From NCBI GenBank assembly GCA_045803545.1, contig JBJMOW010000004.1, positions 832,001-896,000 of the forward strand: 64,000 nt of DNA. The letters run 5' to 3'. This document shows, one piece after another, positions 56,772 through 64,000 of the stretch. This stretch comes from Gemmatimonadaceae bacterium. Its GTDB lineage: Bacteria; Gemmatimonadota; Gemmatimonadetes; Gemmatimonadales; Gemmatimonadaceae. Below the pieces are notes generated by a model, which saw only the letters and a list, made by a program, of their open reading frames with translations, had not been told where the DNA came from and ran no database searches. Position numbers and translations under genes: made by a program. Within the stretch, counting starts at the first letter, position 1, and the number at the start of each line of letters is the position of its first letter.

Positions 56772-57956
56772 ATGGACGACGTGATGGAAGGCTTGATCGA
56801 GCGAATTCCATGCGGTTTCCTCTCGTTCACCGACGACGGCCAGGTTAAGCAGGTCAACACGCGGTTACTGGAACGGCTCGGCTACCGGCGTGAGGAGGTC
56901 GAAGGCCGTCCGTTCGAGTCGCTGATGAATGTCGGCAGCCGCATCTTCTACCAGACGCATCTCTTCCCGCTTATCGCCATGCAAGGGCGCGCGGACGAAA
57001 TCTTCCTGCTGCTGAAAGCGGCGAACGGAGAGGACGTCGGGTTCCTTCTCAATGCCGTCCGTCACGAGGGCGACGGTGTCGCCATCAATGATTGCGCGCT
57101 GATGCGCGTCGAGGAGCGCAGGAAGTTCGAGGACGCGCTGGTGCGCGCGAGGAAAACCGCCGAGGCGGCGCAGCAGGAATTGGAGCAGGCGAATCGGCGC
57201 TACGAAGAGCAAGCAGTGGAGCTCGAGCTACAGCAAGAGGAGCTCGAAAGCCAGCGCAAAATTGCCGACGAAGCGAACCAGGCGAAGAGCAAATTCCTGG
57301 CGGTCATGAGTCACGAGCTGCGCACGCCTTTGAACGCGATTGGCGGCTACACCCAGCTCATCGAGATGGGTGTGCATGGTCCATTGACCGAGGATCAGCG
57401 GACCGCACTCGATCGCATCAGCCGCAGTCAAAAGCATTTGCTGCGGTTGATCAACGACGTGCTCAATCTCTCTCGCATTGAAGCAGGAAGGCTCGACTAC
57501 AGAATCACTAACGTGCCGTTGCCTGAAGTCGTGAAAACCGTGTTGCCGATGGTCGAGCCGCAGTTGGCGGCGAAAGGCATCGCGTCGCGCATCGTTCTCA
57601 ACGAAGCGGCGGTCGTCCGCGCCGATCGAGAAAAGCTCGAGCAGATCACGCTGAATCTGTTGACTAACGCCGCGAAGTTTACGCCGGCGGGTGGCAGCGT
57701 CACCGTTCGCGTGAGCAGCAACGCCGATCGTAAGGTATGCCTCGATGTCGAGGACACCGGTATCGGAATCTCACCGGAGATGCAGAGGGACATTTTCGAG
57801 CCGTTCATTCAGGTGAATGCGGACAGCCGAACCGAAGGATCCGGCCTCGGTCTCGCGATCAGTCGCGAGCTCGCACGCGGGATGGACGCCGAGCTGACCG
57901 TGAAGAGCGTGCCCGGTCAGGGAAGCGTGTTCACGGTGCAATTACAGCCGGGTTGA
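56772..57956 (+). CDS. PAS-domain sensor histidine kinase
   Basis: RsbP-type PAS ('PCGFLSF', 'RIFYQTH.FP'), coiled coil, SHELRTPL, NLLTNAAKFT, DTGIG, GSGLGL. Confidence 0.92.
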   Translation: MDDVMEGLIERIPCGFLSFTDDGQVKQVNTRLLERLGYRREEVEGRPFESLMNVGSRIFYQTHLFPLIAMQGRADEIFLLLKAANGEDVGFLLNAVRHEGDGVAINDCALMRVEERRKFEDALVRARKTAEAAQQELEQANRRYEEQAVELELQQEELESQRKIADEANQAKSKFLAVMSHELRTPLNAIGGYTQLIEMGVHGPLTEDQRTALDRISRSQKHLLRLINDVLNLSRIEAGRLDYRITNVPLPEVVKTVLPMVEPQLAAKGIASRIVLNEAAVVRADREKLEQITLNLLTNAAKFTPAGGSVTVRVSSNADRKVCLDVEDTGIGISPEMQRDIFEPFIQVNADSRTEGSGLGLAISRELARGMDAELTVKSVPGQGSVFTVQLQPG

Positions 57957-58077
57957 GCCAGCTCATGCCGCAGCCGGCGTGCTGAATCGCGCAGCCAGCG
58001 GTCTCCGCGCGCGGATCGATTGCGCAAAGCGGAACCCGCGCCCACTATAACTGTCCTTCGCCTTCCACAGGTTACTT

Positions 58078-58665
58078 ATGAAGCTCTCACATCTAGCGAT
58101 TGTGGCCCTCCTCGCGCCGGTCGCACTCGCCGCCCAGAGCCCTCCGGGCGCAGCGCCCGCCAATCCCATCGCTACCACTTTCCGCAACAGAATCTCCGCG
58201 TTGCACCGCAACATCGCTCAGGCGTTCGATTCCATTCCCGAATCGAAGTTCAGTTATAAGCCGACGCCCGCTCAGCTCAGCATCGGCTACATCGCGCAGC
58301 ACATCGCCGACGACGACTACTTTTTCTGCAACAACTTCAGCGCGGCGAAGGGAACCCGCGCCGCCGAGGACACCGCCACGGCGGATTCGGTCAAAGCAAC
58401 CTGGCCCAAGGCAAAACTGGTTGCCCAGCTGAAGCAATCCTTTGCTTTCTGCGATCAGGCGATCGCCCAAGTGGACGACGCAAAGCTCGCCGAGTCGATA
58501 ACGATGACTTTTCGCGGTAACTCCCGATCGGTCCCACGCGCGGCAATGGTGCTCGGTCACGCGCAGGATCTGGCCGATCACTACAGCCAGCTCGCGAATT
58601 ACATGCGCTTGAACAACATGCTGCCACCGACGGCGCTGCCGAGACCGCAGCCAGCGGGGAACTAG
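58078..58665 (+). CDS. DinB-family protein, exported
   Basis: '[10 protein letters not shown]', 'QHIA', 'H...HYSQL..YMRL....PP'. Confidence 0.88.
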   Translation: MKLSHLAIVALLAPVALAAQSPPGAAPANPIATTFRNRISALHRNIAQAFDSIPESKFSYKPTPAQLSIGYIAQHIADDDYFFCNNFSAAKGTRAAEDTATADSVKATWPKAKLVAQLKQSFAFCDQAIAQVDDAKLAESITMTFRGNSRSVPRAAMVLGHAQDLADHYSQLANYMRLNNMLPPTALPRPQPAGN

Positions 58666-60305
58666 CCGCCGAAAAGTTTCTTCAGGATTTGCTGCGCCTC
58701 ATCCTGAATTCGCTTCAGGTGATCGGCGCTGCGGAAGGATTCGGCGTAGAGCTTGTAGATCTCCTCGGTTCCTGACGGGCGGGCGGCGAACCAGCCGCCT
58801 TCGCTCGTCACTTTGATGCCGCCGATCGGATCGGTGGTGCCCGGCGCGTTATTGAATACGCCGCTGATCTTCTCGCCGGCGAGGTCCTTGATGGTGATGT
58901 CCGACGGCTTGAGCGCCGACAGAACCTTCTTCTGCTGCGCATTCGCCGCGGCATCGATGCGCGCGTACCAGAGCTGGCCGTAATTGCTAGCCAGATCCTT
59001 GTATAGCTCGCCGGGATCCTTGTCCATCACCGCGGTGATCTCGGCGGCGAGCAGTCCCATGATCAGCCCGTCCTTATCCGTGGTCCAGCAATTCCCGTCG
59101 CGACGCACAAACGACGCGCCCGCGCTCTCCTCGCCGCCGAACCCGAGTGTGCGATTGAGCAAGCCATCGACGAACCACTTGAAACCAACCGGAACTTCGC
59201 GCAGTGGCCGATTGAGCCCTTTCGCCACTCGCGCAATCATGTCGCTGCTCACGACTGTTTTTCCGACACCGGCAGTCAGCGGCCAATCCGGCCGATGGGT
59301 GAACAGATATGAAATCGCTACAGCGAGATAGTCATTTGGCGGTAAGAGCCCCTCGCTTTTCGCGACGATGCCATGCCGATCGTGGTCCGGATCACAAGCC
59401 CATGCCACGTCAAATCTGTCCCGCATCGCAATCAGTCGCGCCATCGCATACGGTGACGAGCAATCCATTCTGATCTTGCCGTCCCAATCAACGGTCATGA
59501 ATCGGAACGTCGGATCAACCACCTCGCTCACCACCGTCAGCGGAATCCTGTATCGCTCGGCGATGGCGTCCCAGTAACGCACACCGGCGCCGCCGAGTGG
59601 ATCGACGGCGAGCTTGAGATTGGAGCTGCGAATCGGATCGAAATCGATGACCTGGCCAAGGTCGCCGACGTAGCGATCGATGTAATCGTGACGGTGCGTT
59701 GTATCCGCCGACTGCGCGCGCGCCAGCGGAATTCGGCGCACGTCTTTCAAACCGCCAGCGATAATTTCGTTTGCCTTGTCCTGAATCCACTTCGTCGTCG
59801 CGGAGTCCGCCGGCCCACCACTCGGCGGATCGTACTTGAAGCCGCCGTCGTCGGGTGGATTGTGTGATGGGGTAATCACGATGCCGTCGGCCAGCGCTTC
59901 GCTTCTGCCTTTGTTGTAGGTGAGGATAGCATGCGAGATGACGGGCGTCGGCGTCCATTCATCACGCGAATCGATCATGGTTTCGACTTCGTTCGCTGCG
60001 AGCACCTCGAGCGCGGATGCGAACGCCGGTTCGGATAACGCGTGGGTGTCGAAGCCCATGAACAGCGGGCCATTGATGCCCTGCGCTTTGCGATGAATAC
60101 AGATCGCCTGGGTGATAGCTACGATGTGGGCTTCGTTGAAGGATCCGGCCGTGGAAGTGCCGCGATGTCCCGAGGTTCCGAACGCGACTCGTTGGGCGGG
60201 ATTATCCGGATCCGGCGCGATCGAGTAATAGTTCGTGACGAGCCGCGGAACGTTGGTGAGGATCGATTCCGGCGCTGGCTTTCCGGCGAGTGGGCTGATT
60301 TTCAT
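58662..60305 (-). CDS. pgm: Phosphoglucomutase (alpha-D-glucose-1,6-bisphosphate dependent)
   Basis: [42 protein letters not shown]. Confidence 0.97.
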   Translation of the reverse strand: MKISPLAGKPAPESILTNVPRLVTNYYSIAPDPDNPAQRVAFGTSGHRGTSTAGSFNEAHIVAITQAICIHRKAQGINGPLFMGFDTHALSEPAFASALEVLAANEVETMIDSRDEWTPTPVISHAILTYNKGRSEALADGIVITPSHNPPDDGGFKYDPPSGGPADSATTKWIQDKANEIIAGGLKDVRRIPLARAQSADTTHRHDYIDRYVGDLGQVIDFDPIRSSNLKLAVDPLGGAGVRYWDAIAERYRIPLTVVSEVVDPTFRFMTVDWDGKIRMDCSSPYAMARLIAMRDRFDVAWACDPDHDRHGIVAKSEGLLPPNDYLAVAISYLFTHRPDWPLTAGVGKTVVSSDMIARVAKGLNRPLREVPVGFKWFVDGLLNRTLGFGGEESAGASFVRRDGNCWTTDKDGLIMGLLAAEITAVMDKDPGELYKDLASNYGQLWYARIDAAANAQQKKVLSALKPSDITIKDLAGEKISGVFNNAPGTTDPIGGIKVTSEGGWFAARPSGTEEIYKLYAESFRSADHLKRIQDEAQQILKKLFGG

Positions 60306-60318
60306 CGTGTGAAGAAGT

Positions 60319-61407
60319 CTAACTCTCCTTCGCAGACTGCAAGCCAGAAAGCTCAGCGACCAGAGAGCTGAGGAATGTCTGCAGGTTGGTGCGGCGCGCG
60401 AGGTTGGCGCTCTGTCCCGCCCACATCTGAACTAAATCGGCGCGTCCGGCTGATTCCGCTGGACCGGTTACGCTTTTTGTCAGCTGACGTTGCAGTGGAT
60501 AAGGAAGAAGCGACGTGCCCGGTTTGCTCAACTCGTCCATTAGGCGATTTCTGATTCCACGGGCGAGCCTTCCCGTGAAGCCTCGGGTGAGCGCGGTCTC
60601 GACGTTCCCCTCGAGCAACGTGTGGCGGTGCAGCTCGGTCGCGCCTGATTCCTCGAACGTCAGGAAAGCGGTTCCCATCTGAACGCCTTCCGCGCCGGCT
60701 GCGAAGGCGTCGGTGACACCGCGCGCGTCGCCGATTCCTCCCGCGGCAATGACCGGCACTTTGACAACTGCGACTATTTGTTCGACGAGCGAAACCGTAC
60801 CGATCAGTGATTCCTCGGCCGGCCGGAGAAACGAGCCGCGATGACCGCCGCCCTCGAGCCCGGACGCAACAATCACATCGATCCCAGCTTCCTCGAGTGC
60901 GATCGCTTCATCCGGCGTCGTCGCTGTGCCAATCGTAACGATGTTCCTGGCTCGGCATTCTTCCAGAATCTCGCTGGGCGGAACGCTGAAGACGAAGCTA
61001 AGAATCGGAACCTTAGCGTCGAGCACCGCTCGAACCTGGTCGGCGAATCTGGGCGGTGGGGCGAACGGCTTGTACGCTGGGCGCGGCGCGCCGATTTCAT
61101 CTATATATGCTAGGAGCGGAGCGAGAGCGTTGCGGAAATCGCTTTCGCTCGATTGACGCGCGCCTTCGTCTTCCATCGTGATCCACAGGTTCACCGCGAA
61201 CGGTCTCGATGTCAGTGCGCGAATCTCGTCGATCACATCACGGATTCCAGTCGGTTCAAGACTGAGCGCGCCGAAGCATCCCAGTCCACCGAAATTCGAG
61301 ACGCCTGCTACGAGTCTTTGCGATGCAAGACCGCCCAAGGGGCCTTGGATGATCGGGTAGTCGACGCCGAGTTGTGCTGTCAGCCGGTTCTGCCTCCAGT
61401 CAGGCAT
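60319..61407 (-). CDS. Nitronate monooxygenase family flavoprotein
   Basis: 'YPIIQGP', 'G.EGGGHRG', 'IAAGGI.D', 'GTAFL', 'TGRLARG', 'WAGQS'. Confidence 0.92.
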   Translation of the reverse strand: MPDWRQNRLTAQLGVDYPIIQGPLGGLASQRLVAGVSNFGGLGCFGALSLEPTGIRDVIDEIRALTSRPFAVNLWITMEDEGARQSSESDFRNALAPLLAYIDEIGAPRPAYKPFAPPPRFADQVRAVLDAKVPILSFVFSVPPSEILEECRARNIVTIGTATTPDEAIALEEAGIDVIVASGLEGGGHRGSFLRPAEESLIGTVSLVEQIVAVVKVPVIAAGGIGDARGVTDAFAAGAEGVQMGTAFLTFEESGATELHRHTLLEGNVETALTRGFTGRLARGIRNRLMDELSKPGTSLLPYPLQRQLTKSVTGPAESAGRADLVQMWAGQSANLARRTNLQTFLSSLVAELSGLQSAKES

Positions 61408-61436
61408 CAGGCAACAACCCGGTCATCCAGGGATCG

Positions 61437-62018
61437 CTAATGCTCGCGGACGTAGTTGAGGCCCACGACTCCGCTGGGATACGGCTTCGCCGATTCCAGT
61501 TTGAATGTCTGGTACATCCCTTCTGGCATCACCCGCTTCCCGCCGCCCAACACAACCGGATAAACGAGCAAATGGAGCTCGTCGACGAGATCATCCTCGA
61601 GCATTGCGTGGACGAGCTGACTGCTGCCGTCGGTGAAGATATTTTTGCCCGGCTGCTGCTTGAGCTCGCGAATCGCCTGCATCGGATTGTCGCGAATGAT
61701 GACGGTGTTGCGCCAGACGGGTTTGTCGAGCGTCTTCGACACGACGTAGTGCGTCGGCGCGTTCATCAGATCCCCGAAGAAGTCGCCTCTGGGGAGCGGC
61801 TCGAAGGCCGTCGCGTGCAAGAGGTAGGTGCGGCGTCCGAGCAAAAACGCATCGGTGTCTTTCATCGCTGCCGCGAAGCTGGCGCCGATGTCATCGTGCC
61901 AGTACGACCACGTCCAGCCACCGTGCTTGAATCCGTCATCGGTGTCTTCGTCCTTTCCGCCCGGCGCCTGCATCACGCCGTCAAGCGAGACGAATTCAGA
62001 AACAATCAGCTTTCTCAT
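61437..62018 (-). CDS. Dihydrofolate-reductase-like (RibD C-terminal domain) protein
   Basis: 'SLDGVMQAPGG', 'LLGRRTY', 'GSSQL', 'YPVVLGGGK'. Confidence 0.92.
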   Translation of the reverse strand: MRKLIVSEFVSLDGVMQAPGGKDEDTDDGFKHGGWTWSYWHDDIGASFAAAMKDTDAFLLGRRTYLLHATAFEPLPRGDFFGDLMNAPTHYVVSKTLDKPVWRNTVIIRDNPMQAIRELKQQPGKNIFTDGSSQLVHAMLEDDLVDELHLLVYPVVLGGGKRVMPEGMYQTFKLESAKPYPSGVVGLNYVREH

Positions 62019-62103
62019 TGTGTTCGTCCGTTTTTAGTTGGTCCTGGATAGGCGACGAATGCAGGTGCCTGATTTCGACACGCCAACAAAAGCTGGACAG
62101 TTA

Positions 62104-62209
62104 GCAGAGTGCTCAGGTGCGCAGGGGACAGCTACGATATTGGCATTCTGACTTAGGCTCGCTCAAGCCCCACATTCATACGCTGCAAACTTCGACCTGA
62201 GCGCTCTGC
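62104..62209. repeat. 15-bp inverted repeat enclosing 76 nt in an intergenic region
   Basis: GCAGAGTGCTCAGGT (62104-62118) pairs with ACCTGAGCGCTCTGC (62195-62209): 14/15 plus one G-U. Confidence 0.6.
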
Positions 62210-62247
62210 ACCCCGCCCACCTTTAGTTCAGTCCTCAGTCCTCAATC

Positions 62248-63672
62248 CTAAAACAGTCCGACCCGCCCCCTCACCGACTCGATCAGCTTCGCGGGATCGT
62301 ACCCGACGCCCTGCCTGAACACGATCTGCACGTTGCGGATATCGCTGATGCGGACCGATGGGTCGCCGTTGATCACGACGATGTCCGCATCCTTGCCGAT
62401 CGCAATCGACCCCGCGCGATTCGCGCGACCGAGGAACGTCGCGCCGTTCAGAGTCCCGATCCGGATCGCCTCCAGCGGCGTAAACCCGCCCTCCACCAGC
62501 AGCTCGAGGGCGCGCTGATTGGAGTAGCCGGCTACCACGCCACCGATGCCGGTTGGATCGGTGCCGACGAGGAGTGTTCCACCCGCGCGCGCGAACGCAA
62601 GCTCCATCGCCTGTGCCTTGGGAAAGAGCGTACGCCACACCGACGTCGTGCTTGTATCGACGGACGCTTTGCGCTGCTCGAACTGGGTGCGTAGGATCGG
62701 GTCGAGCACGTCGAGGCCGGGCGGCAATGGACGACCCGGGACGAACGTCTCGAATACCGTCGGCGTCGAAGTCAGCGCCACTTTGCGTTTTACCAGGTCC
62801 GCGATCAGCGAGCGCACCGCATCGCTGTTCGGATCGACAGCGGCCACTGCCTTCTGACCAACACTTTGGCCGGGACATTCATCGAGCTTCTTGTTGGCGA
62901 CGAAATCGGTCGACACATAAAACGCGTGCTCGAGATCGTCGATGCCGAGCGCGGCTGCTTCGCGGAACGTCACCGAGCAGAGATGCGCGGTCAGCTTCAT
63001 CCCGCGTTTGTGCGCTTCCTGGATTGCCGCGCCGAGCTCCGCGCGGGTGATGTGCATGTACGCCTTGAACGATGTCGCGCCCGCGTCCGCCCAGAAGTTC
63101 ACCATTCGCCGGGCGTCGGCGACGTCGGTGAGCTCGTGTACCTGATCGAGCCCAAGTCCTTTGCCTTCGAGGTAGGGCGCGGTCGCGTCGATCCACGGTC
63201 CCGGCTTGCGGCCAGCGTCGATGTCCCGCTTGATGCCGATATCGCCGAAGCCGTTGACGTTCCCGCCAGTGCGAATTGACGTAACGCCGCCCGCGAGATA
63301 GAGTCGCGTAAAGCTTTCGGCGATGTTTCCGTAAACTCCCGGTCCGGTCGGGTAGAAGAAGTGCTCGTGCACCATCACCAGTCCGGGTATCACCGATTTT
63401 CCGGTGAGATCTATGACCTGGGCACCAGCGGGAACCGCTACCGAGCTCGAGCCTCCGAGCTGGGCGATGCGTCCATCGCGGATGATCAGCGTTTGATCGT
63501 CGCGCGCCGCTGCGCCGGTGCCGTCGATTACTCGCGCGTGCGTCAGCGCCAGGATCGGCGTGTCGATGGCAACAAAGGTACGAACGTTGGCCGAAATAGT
63601 CGGGCGCTGTGCGTGTAACTTCGGCAGAGCGCACGCAAACGCGACGACGGCGATGATTGGGCGGTAGCGCAT
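62248..63672 (-). CDS. Amidohydrolase-1 family protein, exported
   Basis: 'VIDGTG', 'IDLTGK.VIPGL...HEH', 'KAY', 'LEH', 'GTD', 'GKDADIV'. Confidence 0.92.
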   Translation of the reverse strand: MRYRPIIAVVAFACALPKLHAQRPTISANVRTFVAIDTPILALTHARVIDGTGAAARDDQTLIIRDGRIAQLGGSSSVAVPAGAQVIDLTGKSVIPGLVMVHEHFFYPTGPGVYGNIAESFTRLYLAGGVTSIRTGGNVNGFGDIGIKRDIDAGRKPGPWIDATAPYLEGKGLGLDQVHELTDVADARRMVNFWADAGATSFKAYMHITRAELGAAIQEAHKRGMKLTAHLCSVTFREAAALGIDDLEHAFYVSTDFVANKKLDECPGQSVGQKAVAAVDPNSDAVRSLIADLVKRKVALTSTPTVFETFVPGRPLPPGLDVLDPILRTQFEQRKASVDTSTTSVWRTLFPKAQAMELAFARAGGTLLVGTDPTGIGGVVAGYSNQRALELLVEGGFTPLEAIRIGTLNGATFLGRANRAGSIAIGKDADIVVINGDPSVRISDIRNVQIVFRQGVGYDPAKLIESVRGRVGLF

Positions 63673-63748
63673 TGGCAACTCAGTGCGAGAGTGGCGGGAC
63701 TAATTTACTGTTTCGTAGCGGCAGGCTGCGACAAACCGGGAGATTGTA

Positions 63749-64000
63749 ATGACTCGCATTTCCTTCGTGACTTTGGCTGGCGCGGCATTAACGTTGTCGC
63801 TGATGCCAAGTGTATCCAGCGCCCAGCGTTTGACCGGCCCGCACCCGTCTGGCGAAGTCCCGTCGCCAGTCGTGCTCGACCCCAAGGATCAATTCCAGGA
63901 CAAGTTCGCGAAAGTCGGTGACGACGTCTTCATCTCTGGCCAGCCCACCGAGCAGGCTTTACGGGACCTCGCCGCTCAGGGTGTTAAGACTGTCGTGAAT
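63749..64000 (+). CDS. 3'-truncated exported protein, DUF442/PTP-like sulfurtransferase-type domain (not in ORF track)
   Basis: Hand translation MTRISFVTLAGAALTLSLMPSVSSAQ...DVFISGQPTEQALRDLAAQGVKTVVN; GGGAG RBS. Confidence 0.75.
   Translation, partial: MTRISFVTLAGAALTLSLMPSVSSAQRLTGPHPSGEVPSPVVLDPKDQFQDKFAKVGDDVFISGQPTEQALRDLAAQGVKTVVN

Noticed and set aside
58020..58052. Sigma-70 promoter TTGCGC...TATAAC upstream of the DinB gene
   Set aside because: The spacer is about 20 bp, too long for a canonical -35/-10 pair; only the -10-like hexamer is credible.
1..64000. CRISPR array, tRNA/rRNA, transposase, integrase, phage or defence genes
   Set aside because: No regularly spaced 25-45 bp repeats with unique spacers, no cloverleaf or rRNA-like tract, and no ORF with recognisable recombinase, transposase, capsid, nuclease or RT motifs found by eye.

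Overview
GC-rich bacterial chromosomal segment, densely packed with about 60 mostly accessory, envelope and metabolic genes. The lineage is probably Gemmatimonadota (inferred from the 'ERFLxEIRVTARLQHPHLLPLFDSG' Ser/Thr kinase type, the many exported proteins and the heptamer repeats). I found no rRNA, tRNA, CRISPR array, transposase, integrase or phage gene. Recognisable content: a Ser/Thr kinase with a TolB-like propeller, two cupredoxins, several hydrolases, two ABC exporters, bactofilin, an orphan CheB, an ApbE-DUF2271-PepSY flavinylation cluster, a GH78 rhamnosidase, a lytic transglycosylase, a PadR / AlgE-type porin / His-rich membrane protein locus, an M49 peptidase, MATE, an LVIVD-DUF305 pair, RsbQ plus a PAS histidine kinase, and pgm. 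Items most worth following up: (1) an ApbE with no signal peptide and an internal shortening, coupled to a Tat-type DUF2271 substrate whose linker is a 7-bp repeat tract; (2) a porin plus a pseudo-symmetric HxxEH/ExxH membrane protein beside PadR and a tiny IxxNQxx coiled-coil protein; (3) a 144-bp gap-free foldback palindrome; (4) two single-base frameshifts; (5) two small ORFs missed by the ORF track. All family assignments come from motif recognition by eye, not from database searches.
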